Positions 31,935-41,347 of a DNA stretch of 64,000 bases are shown in pieces. Positions within the stretch are counted from its first letter, which is position 1, and each line of letters begins with the position of its first letter. Under the pieces are notes generated by a model. It saw only the letters and a list, made by a program, of their open reading frames with translations, made no database searches and had not been told where the DNA came from. A program made the position numbers and the translations under genes. Origin of the DNA: Candidatus Bathyarchaeota archaeon (GTDB lineage: Archaea > Thermoproteota > Bathyarchaeia > Bathyarchaeales > Bathycorpusculaceae); contig CAVTZU010000018.1 of the NCBI GenBank assembly GCA_963739305.1, positions 85,682-149,681 on the forward strand, written 5' to 3'.

Positions 31935-32714
31935 TTGAGCAAAAACGTGATGAAGTGCTATGACATTGAAGGACAGACTGCAATCGTCACGGGTGCTTCT
32001 AGTGGATTAGGCGTGTGTTTTGCTGAAGCCTTGGCTGAGTGCGGAGTAAACCTTGTAATTGCCGCAAGAAGAAACGAAAAGCTAGTGAAAGTGGCTGAAG
32101 GTCTGACTCGTGAATATGATGTCAAAGTGATTCCTGTTCAAACGGATGTGGTCCAAGAAGATCAAGTTATAAAGATGGTGAAAACCGCTGTGGACAGATT
32201 TGGCTCGCTGCAAATCATAGTCAACAATGCCGGGATCGGAGCCCTGAACCCTTCTACAGACATGCCACTTGAAGAATGGAAGAAAGTGATAGATGTTAAC
32301 CTCACAGGCGTCTTCCTGTGCGCACGAACTGCAGCCTGTGAAATGATCAAGAACAAATACGGAAAAATAGTGAATATCGCTTCAATTTATGGTGCAGTAG
32401 GGGATATTTTTCCGACGGCATCGTACTACGCCTCTAAGGGGGCAGTGATAAACTTGACGAGAGCTCTGGCTATAGAATGGGCTGCATATAAGATAAATGT
32501 TAACGCGATTGCACCTGGGTTTTTCCCGAGCGAAATGACTGCATCGGTTTTCCAAGACGAAAAAGCCATGCAACACATTCTATCCCGAACACCGCTGGGC
32601 AGAACAGGTGAACCCTTGGATTTGAAGGCGGCACTAACTTACTTGTCGTCTCCAGCCTCGAACTACGTGACAGGTCAAACAATCTTCGTGGACGGCGGAT
32701 GGACGGCACTATAG
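31935..32714 (+). CDS. Short-chain dehydrogenase/reductase
   Basis: TGASSGLG, NNAG, YYASK and VDGG motifs. Confidence 0.9.
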   Translation: MSKNVMKCYDIEGQTAIVTGASSGLGVCFAEALAECGVNLVIAARRNEKLVKVAEGLTREYDVKVIPVQTDVVQEDQVIKMVKTAVDRFGSLQIIVNNAGIGALNPSTDMPLEEWKKVIDVNLTGVFLCARTAACEMIKNKYGKIVNIASIYGAVGDIFPTASYYASKGAVINLTRALAIEWAAYKINVNAIAPGFFPSEMTASVFQDEKAMQHILSRTPLGRTGEPLDLKAALTYLSSPASNYVTGQTIFVDGGWTAL

Positions 32715-32817
32715 CACCGCGAGCTATCGCCTTCCCTTTGGATCAAAAGAAGCCTATAAGGAGGGAAATAGCGCTCGCGACAGTAAGGGTATTCGCTCCA
32801 CAAATCAAGGTAGGAAT

Positions 32818-33441
32818 TTATGTGTTTCTCCAAACCTCCACCATGGATTGATCGCCTCGGTAACCGATGACCTTGTGAAGAGCTGATACCTCGAACCAGT
32901 TCTTTCGGGGGTTTACATCCAAGGGATTGTTAAAGTACATGAATTTGTCATCCATCCCAGTCACTGCAACCCAGTGCGGCAGGTTTTCTCCACTGTACAA
33001 GGACGCGTTTGTTACAATTAATGGAACATGGTCTGAAAGAAGCGAATTATAGATAATCTCGCCTGTGATTTTTTCCTTCCTTTCTTCGACTCCTAGTTTT
33101 CTGCATCTTGCTCTTCTTTCGTAAAAATGGAGCTCAAGCACCTGCATGTTCAGGTCCCTAACTGGGGGAACAAACCTATCGACAAAATCGATTCTATCAG
33201 TATTACTGGTAACTCTTGCACAGAAACCACGAACAGCTGCAGAATAGGCCAGACCGTACCTGCTCGTTCCATACACTTCCAACATGTTTCCCTCCCTCCA
33301 TATGTCAATCTCCAAATCCTTCGTGAGATGTACATGTTCATCAAGATGTTTCATAGCCATCATCAACGAGGCGGGACCGCATGTGAAGTCGTAATGCTGC
33401 CTGTAAAATGGGACGTTGAGATGAATCGACGCCTTGTCCAT
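32818..33441 (-). CDS. Peptidase C39-like protein
   Basis: VPFYRQ..FTCGPA and PHWVAVTG motifs. Confidence 0.8.
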   Translation of the reverse strand: MDKASIHLNVPFYRQHYDFTCGPASLMMAMKHLDEHVHLTKDLEIDIWREGNMLEVYGTSRYGLAYSAAVRGFCARVTSNTDRIDFVDRFVPPVRDLNMQVLELHFYERRARCRKLGVEERKEKITGEIIYNSLLSDHVPLIVTNASLYSGENLPHWVAVTGMDDKFMYFNNPLDVNPRKNWFEVSALHKVIGYRGDQSMVEVWRNT

Positions 33442-33496
33442 GCTTCATCCTCATTCTACTAGTCTTGAGTTGGCACCCTCACTTTAAGCTTGAAGA

Positions 33497-35911
33497 TTAA
33501 TCCTCAAGCGTTTTGAATTTGCGTGTTAGGTACACCTTGATTGGATCGTTGATTAGAAAAGTCGTTAACAGCGCGTAGCCCAAGATTGCAAGCAGAGGCA
33601 TGTAGCCGAGTGGGGCAAGCTCTAAGACGCCGAAGCTGGAGATAGCGATCACGAACAGGATTTCTGCTAAGACTGTAATGCCAAGCAACCTGCTGGGTCT
33701 TGACTTCCAGAAGTGGTTCCGCTCACGAACGATCATTAGCGTGGATATGCCTGCAAGGTTCAGGTAGGCAAACCCGAAAGTGTAGATTTTCTCAACATTC
33801 CCAATTAGCCCAAAGTATGATAGAGCAGGCACTGCAAAGAGTGCACTTTCAACCGTCATTAGTGCGCCTAGTGAGCCGCTGACTCCGAATAGCCGTCGCA
33901 TGTCGAAGGTGTCAGGCTTGAGAGAAGAGCGCACATTGTCTGTTGATATGGACATGGAGACAAAGTCGCCGAGGAAAAGTATCAGCACCGTGCCCGTTAT
34001 TGATAGCATTAATGAGTGGGTGAGGAAAAGCATCAAAACGATGAATCCAGCGATGTGCAGTTTGCGGGCGACCATCATTAAAGCCCAGCTATAGATTCTC
34101 TGATAAATCGTCCGCGAAGTCTTAATCATGGGTATTATTCCTCCAAGACCCTCAGCGGTGAGTACAGCGCTGGCGGAGTCTTTGGCGATGTCTGTTGCGT
34201 TCTTTACGGCGATTCCCACTTCCGCCTGCCCCAAAGCTGGAGCGTCGTTCACGCCATCTCCAGTCATCCCAACCACATGTCCTATGCGTTGCAGAGTCTT
34301 GACTATGCTGAATTTGTCTTCGGGGTAAATCTGGGCTATGCCGTGGCTGTCTTCAATCGTTGAGTCAATAGGTGTTGCCTTGGTTTCATCTTCCTGAATC
34401 TTCGACATCGTGGTGACCCTGCTGCCTAATCCTACCTGCTGCGCGATGTTTTTAGCAATGGGAAGCGAGTCGCCCGTAAGCATCTTCACTTCTACACCTA
34501 ACGCATGAATCTGCTCTATTATCTCGCGTGAATCTTCTCTAATCCTGTCAGCGATGCCTGCAAGACCAACAAACTCCAGTCTGCTCCGTTCAGCTCCCTT
34601 GGCGACAGCGATCACTCTTAACCCTTTTGCGGAGAGTTGCTCAGCAATCGTGACCATAGCCTTTGCTTCCTCTTCCCGAGCGTTGCAGACAGCGCATATT
34701 ACGTCAAAAGAGCCCTTTCCGACAAAGAATTTTTCGCCAGCTTTGTCGATTGTGGCTTCTGTCATTCTAGTTTTAGGGTCGAAGGGTATGAATTCCTTTT
34801 GTATGCAAGTATTCAAGGGTATACGTGCCTCTGCAGCAGCTGTTAAGAAAGCTATGTCGATTGGGTCCTGATTGGCTTCATTCGATGAAAGTGCCCCATA
34901 AAGCAACACGTCGCCTTCGCCAAATCCGTTAAGAGGAACTTCTTCTTCAACGAAGAGTTTGTTCATCGTAATTGTGCCCGTTTTGTCTGCACACAGAACA
35001 TCCATCGTGGCTGCGTCCTCGCTCGCGCTCAGTCTTGTGACTAGGACGCTTTGTTTTGCAAGCATTGCTGAGCCGAGTGCCATGTTTATGGTAAACATCG
35101 TGGGCATGGCGATCGGCACGGAGGCTACGAGCAACACGCCGGCAAGTGGCAACAATACGGCAAGGTCGAAACCAGTCAATACAGCGTAGACAAAGACTAT
35201 CAAGAGAGATGCAAGCACGATGATGGCGAGTCGGCGTGCTACGTTGACTGTGACTTCTTCCATGTGAAGTTTTGGTTTAGCCAGTTCGAGCAGGGAAATG
35301 GTTTTTCCAAAGTAGGTTTTCGTTCCTGTGGCGGCAACTGTACCTGTGGCTTCGCCGCGTTTTACAGCCGATCCCGAATAGGCTATCTCTCCAACACTCT
35401 TATCCACGATTCCAGACTCGCCAGTGAGCACGGATTGGTCCAAACCGAGAGAACCATCAACAATCTTTACATCCGCAGGCAAAAGATCGCCAATTCTGAC
35501 TCTAACGAGATCGCCGGGAACAAGCTCCCTAGCCGCGATGACGGCCCATTTTCCTTCTCTCTTGACTCTGCTCTGAATCCTTAGTCGCTGTTTTAGAGTT
35601 GCCATTGCAGCTTTTGCCCTTTTCTCCCGCCACAGCGACATTCCAGCGTTGAAAAGAAGAAGACCTATGATTACGGCTGCTTGCACATACTTACCTAACA
35701 CCAATGTGACGATTGCAGTAGCTTCAAGCATCCAAGGTACGATGCCCCAGAAACGTTTTCCAAGTCTATTCCAAAAACTGACTTTCTTCTCAGAAACCTC
35801 ATTGTACCCATACTTCGCAAGTCTCTTCTGGACTTCTTGTGCATCCAACCCATTTTCCAGATTTGTTCCTTTCAATTCTTGTTCTTTGTCGGAATCGTCC
35901 AAAATCTTCAC
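33497..35911 (-). CDS. Plasma-membrane proton-efflux P-type ATPase (P3A)
   Basis: TGES, SVPIAMP, DKTGT, PFDP, TGD and GDGVNDAP motifs. Confidence 0.85.
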   Translation of the reverse strand: MKILDDSDKEQELKGTNLENGLDAQEVQKRLAKYGYNEVSEKKVSFWNRLGKRFWGIVPWMLEATAIVTLVLGKYVQAAVIIGLLLFNAGMSLWREKRAKAAMATLKQRLRIQSRVKREGKWAVIAARELVPGDLVRVRIGDLLPADVKIVDGSLGLDQSVLTGESGIVDKSVGEIAYSGSAVKRGEATGTVAATGTKTYFGKTISLLELAKPKLHMEEVTVNVARRLAIIVLASLLIVFVYAVLTGFDLAVLLPLAGVLLVASVPIAMPTMFTINMALGSAMLAKQSVLVTRLSASEDAATMDVLCADKTGTITMNKLFVEEEVPLNGFGEGDVLLYGALSSNEANQDPIDIAFLTAAAEARIPLNTCIQKEFIPFDPKTRMTEATIDKAGEKFFVGKGSFDVICAVCNAREEEAKAMVTIAEQLSAKGLRVIAVAKGAERSRLEFVGLAGIADRIREDSREIIEQIHALGVEVKMLTGDSLPIAKNIAQQVGLGSRVTTMSKIQEDETKATPIDSTIEDSHGIAQIYPEDKFSIVKTLQRIGHVVGMTGDGVNDAPALGQAEVGIAVKNATDIAKDSASAVLTAEGLGGIIPMIKTSRTIYQRIYSWALMMVARKLHIAGFIVLMLFLTHSLMLSITGTVLILFLGDFVSMSISTDNVRSSLKPDTFDMRRLFGVSGSLGALMTVESALFAVPALSYFGLIGNVEKIYTFGFAYLNLAGISTLMIVRERNHFWKSRPSRLLGITVLAEILFVIAISSFGVLELAPLGYMPLLAILGYALLTTFLINDPIKVYLTRKFKTLED

Positions 35912-35956
35912 CCGAGTGCCTCTGTCTCACTTAATGAAAAAGCCAATATTGCCCCC

Positions 35957-36280
35957 TCAAACCAATTGTTCAACGATACGTTTTGAAAGAGTGCCTATCA
36001 GCTCCGGGGTCACCGCATCGATTATCTCTAATACTCTGCGATCTGTAATTGAGTAGAGTCTTCTGTTCGCGTTTTTTCTGTCCCTCACTAGCCCAGAGTC
36101 TTTGAGAATTTTCAAATGGCGGGACACCATGGGCTGGATAAGTCCAACATGTGGGATTATCTCGTACACGCATTTCTCGCCAGTGCGTAGGAATTCCAGG
36201 ATTTCAAGCCTCGTCGAGTCCGAAAGGGCATCGAAAACTTTAGTCTTGAACTTGACCAGTTTATCTGTCTGGGGGTGCAT
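35957..36280 (-). CDS. ArsR/SmtB family repressor 2 (paralogue of 29544..29873)
   Basis: FDALSDSTRLEIL, EKCVYEI and VSRHLKIL motifs. Confidence 0.92.
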   Translation of the reverse strand: MHPQTDKLVKFKTKVFDALSDSTRLEILEFLRTGEKCVYEIIPHVGLIQPMVSRHLKILKDSGLVRDRKNANRRLYSITDRRVLEIIDAVTPELIGTLSKRIVEQLV

Positions 36281-36300
36281 GTTTAAGGAAATATTGATGA

Positions 36301-36320
36301 CAATATTTAAATATTGCTAT
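36301..36320. promoter_or_regulatory. Palindromic bidirectional TATA box / putative ArsR operator CAATATTTAAATATTG
   Basis: Perfect 16-bp palindrome between divergent genes; the core matches 29895-29913. Confidence 0.75.
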
Positions 36321-36370
36321 GGATTACTCTATCTGCCAACGTGCGAAAGAACAAGAGAGCATGAAAAGAG

Positions 36371-36748
36371 GTGCAAATCGTGGAGAAAAAAAAGGCAAGT
36401 TTCATATTCTGTGTGTGCACGGGAAAGTGTAGTGGATTCAAGGATCTAGACATGTGGGACTTCGTTAACATCGTAAGAGCCGAGTATCCGGTCGAATATG
36501 CGTTCATACATCCCATGCTCTGTGATGAAGACGGGGAACGCTTCTTTGCAGACTTCCTCCGAAAAGATAGGGTATATTTCATCGCTGGCTGTGCTGCAGT
36601 GATGCAGAAAAAGCTCTTTCGAGACGCGTTTGAGAAAGCTGGACTTGACATAAACAAGGATCTAGTTCCTCTAGACGTCAGGAACATGACTACAGAAAAA
36701 GCATTGGAAACCGTGAAGAAAGCCTTGGAGGCTACAACCCAAACATGA
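36371..36748 (+). CDS. Stand-alone protein resembling the HdrA N-terminal Fe-S domain
   Basis: FCVC..C, MLC..DG, IAGC and F...EKAGL pattern. Confidence 0.6.
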   Translation: MQIVEKKKASFIFCVCTGKCSGFKDLDMWDFVNIVRAEYPVEYAFIHPMLCDEDGERFFADFLRKDRVYFIAGCAAVMQKKLFRDAFEKAGLDINKDLVPLDVRNMTTEKALETVKKALEATTQT

Positions 36749-37036
36749 CAGAAGAAACATACATGGGAGTTCCACGAAGCAAAATCCCTTGGTGCCCAAA
36801 GATCGATACAGCAAAATGTAACCAGTGCGAGGGCGACCCGCAATGCCTCAGATTCTGCCCCCATGGAGTGTTCGAATACAACAAGGAAAAGAAGGAATTC
36901 ATCGTCAAAAACCCAGAACAACTGCGTCGTGTTCTGCAGGGCATGCTCCAAAGTCTGCGCCGCGGACGCACTCAGTTTTCCAGAGAAGAAGGAAATTCTG
37001 AAGCTGATAAAAAATGTCCGAGAAGAAAAAAAGTAA
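36745..37036 (+). CDS. 2x[4Fe-4S] ferredoxin, frameshifted near 36915
   Basis: CNQC..QCLRFCP, then in the shifted frame NNCVVFCRACSKVCAADALSFP, ending at TAA 37036. Confidence 0.75.
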
Positions 37037-37418
37037 GTACATAATCATCCCGTGTAGCGGGATCGGAAAGGCACTCGGAACGATAACGCGTAGAGCCACG
37101 TACATCGTGACCGAAGAACTGTTGCCGAATGATACCGATTCTATTTGTCTTCCTTTGCTCACAATCGAAGACGAGGAGACTGTGCGGAAAATAAGAGAGA
37201 ACCCTTGCATAACCCTAGATGGCTGCGTTGCTCAATGTGCCAAGAAAAATGTTGAACACCATCACGGAGAACTCAAAGGAAGCATCAGGATCCTGGACGT
37301 GATCAAGGAGAATCCTAAGCTTAAGCCTGGAACGGTACTGGACATCGGACCTGACGGTGAGAAACTGGCAAGAAAAACAGCCGAAAAAGCCGTCAAAATC
37401 ATAGGAGATAAAAATTGA
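37014..37418 (+). CDS. DGC-domain putative zinc-binding protein
   Basis: PCSG...CL...DGC..QCA pattern. Confidence 0.8.
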   Translation: MSEKKKSKYIIIPCSGIGKALGTITRRATYIVTEELLPNDTDSICLPLLTIEDEETVRKIRENPCITLDGCVAQCAKKNVEHHHGELKGSIRILDVIKENPKLKPGTVLDIGPDGEKLARKTAEKAVKIIGDKN

Positions 37419-37822
37419 AGATCAAACGCAAAATCGGCTTAATCTCCTGCAGCGGAGAAGGGCTTCCTGAAGGAATGATATCCCGCGTAGCAACTCGAAG
37501 AATACTAGAAGAACGCGACGACGTCGTAACAATCTGCCTTCCTCTCTTTCTCGCAGGCGGACAAGAAGAGAGAGACTTCGCCAAGGACAATCCTTGCATA
37601 ACCGTTGACGGCTGCGACAAGATGTGTGCCGCCAAAGGCGTCCAAATGTACGGCAAAGTGCATCCCAAATCGTCAATAGTCATATCAGACATTGCAGAAA
37701 AACATAAACATCTTAAACCCAAATCAAAAAGCAGAATAGAACCTCAAGACGAGAAGCTTGTTAAAGAAACCATGAAACGCATTACTGAGGAGATAGACAG
37801 AGTAGAGGAGGAAGAAGAGTAG
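37415..37822 (+). CDS. DGC-domain putative zinc-binding protein
   Basis: SCSG...CL...DGCDKMCA pattern. Confidence 0.8.
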   Translation: MKIKRKIGLISCSGEGLPEGMISRVATRRILEERDDVVTICLPLFLAGGQEERDFAKDNPCITVDGCDKMCAAKGVQMYGKVHPKSSIVISDIAEKHKHLKPKSKSRIEPQDEKLVKETMKRITEEIDRVEEEEE

Positions 37823-37823
37823 C

Positions 37824-38630
37824 ATGTCAATAGAAAAGAAAGTTGCCGTTGCTGTTTGCACAGGCATGGACCGACCGCTTGCCACAGTGTCCAGATACGC
37901 AGGATACCATGTTCTAGAAAAACTGAGGCCAGACAAGACTGTCTTGCTTTGCACTCCAGCCCTAATAAGTGGCGTTAAAGAGGACGTGACCTTTGCCAAA
38001 GAGAACCCTATATTGGTCATCGATGGCTGTGAAGAGAGATGCTGCGAAAAGATAGTCAATGAAGCGAAAGGACAGATCAAAGCCATCATAAACGTTGAAG
38101 ACGTCCTGAAAGAACACGAGGACTTGCAGCCTGAGTCGAGAGCTAAGCTTGGGCCGAAAGGAATGAAACTTGCGGAAATAGTCGGAGAACTGGCCGCGAA
38201 GAAGGTCGATGAAATACTCGCAGGGGTGAAAGAGATGGAAGATAAGAAAGTCGCTATCGTAGCCTGCACTGGCATGGGAAAAGCACTTGGGACAGTAGCT
38301 CGACAGGTCGCCTTCAAGGTCGTGGATGAACTGCGACCTGGAAAAGCAGTGCTGATATGTATTCCATCTCTCACCGCAGGAGTCGGAGAATACAAGAACC
38401 TGTTGCAGAAGTATCCTTCCATCGTACTGGATGGTTGCGTGGAAAGGTGTGCCACTAAAATCATTTTCAAGAACAAAGGCATTATGAGGGCTAAAGTTTT
38501 CATGCCTCAAATGGTCGCAAAGTATGGCTTAAAGCCCCTGTCCCGAACTGACCTCGGTGAAGAAGGGGAGAAACTTGTTACGAAAATAGCTGAAGAAGTA
38601 GCCGCGTTAGTTGACCAGCTTTCAAGGTGA
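37824..38630 (+). CDS. Tandem double DGC-domain protein
   Basis: Two CTG...C...DGC.ERC repeats. Confidence 0.8.
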   Translation: MSIEKKVAVAVCTGMDRPLATVSRYAGYHVLEKLRPDKTVLLCTPALISGVKEDVTFAKENPILVIDGCEERCCEKIVNEAKGQIKAIINVEDVLKEHEDLQPESRAKLGPKGMKLAEIVGELAAKKVDEILAGVKEMEDKKVAIVACTGMGKALGTVARQVAFKVVDELRPGKAVLICIPSLTAGVGEYKNLLQKYPSIVLDGCVERCATKIIFKNKGIMRAKVFMPQMVAKYGLKPLSRTDLGEEGEKLVTKIAEEVAALVDQLSR

Positions 38631-38634
38631 AAAG

Positions 38635-39108
38635 ATGGAACAATTAGAACTGAAAGTTGACAAATATACGTTCATCGTTCCTAAAGGTCTCTACTACAAC
38701 GAGAATGATTTTTGGGCCAGAATTGAGGGCAAGATAGCAACCGTCGGCATAACGTCCTATCTGCAAAATCATTTGAGTGACATAGTCTTCGTCTCTCTCC
38801 CACAAATCGGCACCAAAATTGAACAATTCGGTGAAGCCGGATCCTTTGAATCAGTGAAGGCTGCTCTGGACGTTATATCACCTGTTTCAGGCTCAATAGT
38901 TGAAGTCAACAATGAATTAGTGAATTCGCCTGAACTTGCAAATTCAGATCCATATGGCAGAGGCTGGTTCGTGAAGATCGAGCTGACAGATTTTGAGTCA
39001 GACAAAGAGAATCTCATAGACGCAGAAGGCTACTTTGAGGTCATGAAGAAAAAAGTGGAAAAAGAACACGAGCAACTGAAACAAAAGCGAGCTGTAAACA
39101 CGACTTAG
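38635..39108 (+). CDS. Second GcvH-like lipoyl-carrier protein
   Basis: VGIT.YLQ, ESVKAA (lipoyl Lys) and NSDPYGRGW motifs. Confidence 0.88.
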   Translation: MEQLELKVDKYTFIVPKGLYYNENDFWARIEGKIATVGITSYLQNHLSDIVFVSLPQIGTKIEQFGEAGSFESVKAALDVISPVSGSIVEVNNELVNSPELANSDPYGRGWFVKIELTDFESDKENLIDAEGYFEVMKKKVEKEHEQLKQKRAVNTT

Positions 39109-39126
39109 AAAGAGGGCAGGCGAGTC

Positions 39127-39357
39127 GTGGAAACAAGTTTCAAGGAAATACGCGAGAAATATCGTTCTGTCAAGACCGGAAAGTCCAGCATTGACGTTTT
39201 CTCTCTGAAATCAGAAATTGAGACCTATGTGAAGAGTCAGCAAGGTTCGAAAACAAGAAACAGCAATTCTTTGGCGGAGGCAGAGGACATGTTGATTGAT
39301 GTGACACAGATGATTGAAGAGGGCCACTGCAACCCTCTAAGAAATAAGAAGCTGTAA
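39127..39357 (+). CDS. Small hypothetical protein
   Basis: ORF in the operon with a purine-rich leader. Confidence 0.5.
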   Translation: METSFKEIREKYRSVKTGKSSIDVFSLKSEIETYVKSQQGSKTRNSNSLAEAEDMLIDVTQMIEEGHCNPLRNKKL

Positions 39358-39441
39358 GTCATACTTCTGTCTGAGTTGGAACTATGAAGAAAATTCCGTT
39401 TGTCGCCCGCGCTAGTACTGAAATGAGGCTGTGATTAAGAC

Positions 39442-39876
39442 TTGGAAAAGACTAAAGTCATTTTTCTATGTGTAGGAAATTCGGCACGGAGCCAAATGGC
39501 TGAAGCATTCCTAAGAAAATATGCAGGTAATCATTTCGAGGTCTACAGTGCAGGCTTCGAACCCCGACCCATCCACCCTTACACCATCAAGGTGATGAGA
39601 GAACTGGGATATGACTTGAGTGGCCAGCATCCAAAGGAGTTGAAACAGTATCTTGGAAAGATACATTTCGGGATAGTCATAACAGTATGTGAAAAAGCAG
39701 AAAAGACGTGCCCTATGATACCAGGGGCATCCACTAGATTGTATTGGCCATTCGAAGACCCAGCAGCATTTCAAGGAACTGAAGAGGAGAAATTAGCCAA
39801 ATTCCGAGAAGTTCGAGATAAAATCAACGAAAAGATAAAAACATGGCTGAAAGACAGAGGCATCGCGGAAAACTGA
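39442..39876 (+). CDS. arsC: Arsenate reductase, LMW-PTP / thioredoxin-coupled type
   Basis: CVGNSARS, TVCEKAEKTCP and EDP motifs. Confidence 0.88.
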   Translation: MEKTKVIFLCVGNSARSQMAEAFLRKYAGNHFEVYSAGFEPRPIHPYTIKVMRELGYDLSGQHPKELKQYLGKIHFGIVITVCEKAEKTCPMIPGASTRLYWPFEDPAAFQGTEEEKLAKFREVRDKINEKIKTWLKDRGIAEN

Positions 39877-39991
39877 AAACCTCAAGATAATCGCGCGTCC
39901 AATATAGGCGATGAGGTTACGGTTAGTTTTCCAAGCGAAAAAAGTTATGTATTCGCATATGCAAGTGGATGGTTAAGGGAGGAATTAGCTG

Positions 39992-40654
39992 TTGAGTGAT
40001 CTCCTCTTGAAGTGGTTTGAGAAACGCAGAGAATCAAAAGCTTTAGCTCCGATGCAACGCCATCTTGCGATAACAATGAGCTCAGTTGAAGACCTTGAAA
40101 GTGCAGTAAAAGCAGCAGTTGATCTCAACGAAAAAGAAGCCAAGGCTGCAATAGGAAGGGTCACAAGTTCTGAGAAGGAAGCCGATGGACTGAGGAGAGC
40201 CGTTATGACTGAACTGGCATGCGGGGAGTTGCCGCCCTCAGACAGAGAATACCTGATGAACTTAATGAAGTCCGTCGACATGGTCGCAGACTGTAGCCAA
40301 GAATCAAGCCGGCTCTTGAGTGCCATTCCAATGGAAGATGTGTCAGAAAACCTCAAAAAAGCGCTGGTCAAGATGGTGGAAGGCGCTAAAGAATGTGCCA
40401 TGGCGCTGCGAAAATGCATTAATAGCATACCGGAAAAACGCGAAGAAGCCTTAAAAGCAGCAGACGAAGTCGAACGATTAGAAGAGAAAGTCGACGACCT
40501 ATTTGAAAACTCCAGACGTTTGATCGCCAGAGAGGAGAAGATTCGGGTAGGAACCGCCATATTACTGAATGATCTCTTTGAAGCTATTGAAATGGTTGCC
40601 AATCGATGTGAAGACGCCTGTGACCAAGTGAGAGTGATTGTCTGCTGCCGATAA
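39992..40654 (+). CDS. DUF47 / PhoU-like phosphate transport regulator
   Basis: E.EAD..RR, DRE and LEEKVD repeats. Confidence 0.8.
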   Translation: MSDLLLKWFEKRRESKALAPMQRHLAITMSSVEDLESAVKAAVDLNEKEAKAAIGRVTSSEKEADGLRRAVMTELACGELPPSDREYLMNLMKSVDMVADCSQESSRLLSAIPMEDVSENLKKALVKMVEGAKECAMALRKCINSIPEKREEALKAADEVERLEEKVDDLFENSRRLIAREEKIRVGTAILLNDLFEAIEMVANRCEDACDQVRVIVCCR

Positions 40655-40735
40655 ATGTTTTAGAAGGTGGATGGACGACTATCGTCCACGGTAATTGTCG
40701 TAGCGCACGCCAGTAACGCGACAAGGTGTTTGTGA

Positions 40736-41230
40736 ATGGAAAAGATAAAAGTTCTTTTTTTGTGTGAACATAATTCCGCCCGATCGCAGATGGCTGAAGG
40801 TTTGCTTAGGCATCTGTACGGTGAAAAGTATGAAGTGTTCAGCGCGGGCGCAAATCCGACGCAAGTCAATCCTTTTGCCATTAAGGTTATGGCCGAGATA
40901 GGGATAGATATTTCCAAGCAGACTTCCAAGAGCATTGAAGAGTTCCGAAACAAGGAAATCGACTTAGTCGTATCAGTGTGCAGAAGCAGTGCCAAGCTAA
41001 TGTGTTCATTGTGTTCTTCACCGATAGTCATGGGTAGACCAGAGATAATCAACACGACAATACCCGGAGCAAAACACTATCTTCACCATGGATTCAACGA
41101 TCCTTCTGAGGTGGACGGGAGTGACGAGGAAAAAACCAAGGCCTTCCGACGCACAAGAGATGACATCAAACAGTGGATAATCGATAAATTTGCCGATCCA
41201 AAGACAGTAAACTCGGACAATGATTTATAG
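40736..41230 (+). CDS. arsC: Second ArsC-like protein with an inserted Cys-containing loop
   Basis: CEHNSARS, SVCRSSAKLMCSLC and NDP motifs. Confidence 0.8.
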   Translation: MEKIKVLFLCEHNSARSQMAEGLLRHLYGEKYEVFSAGANPTQVNPFAIKVMAEIGIDISKQTSKSIEEFRNKEIDLVVSVCRSSAKLMCSLCSSPIVMGRPEIINTTIPGAKHYLHHGFNDPSEVDGSDEEKTKAFRRTRDDIKQWIIDKFADPKTVNSDNDL

Positions 41231-41347
41231 GCGCGCTCTGCGCGATGTCAATTGAAAAATGTTATCACTCCTAGGGCGCCTTACTAGTCTGCGCGTTGAT
41301 TGAGTACGGAGAATGTTTATTTGTCCGTCTTGCATCCTAAAGTTTGT

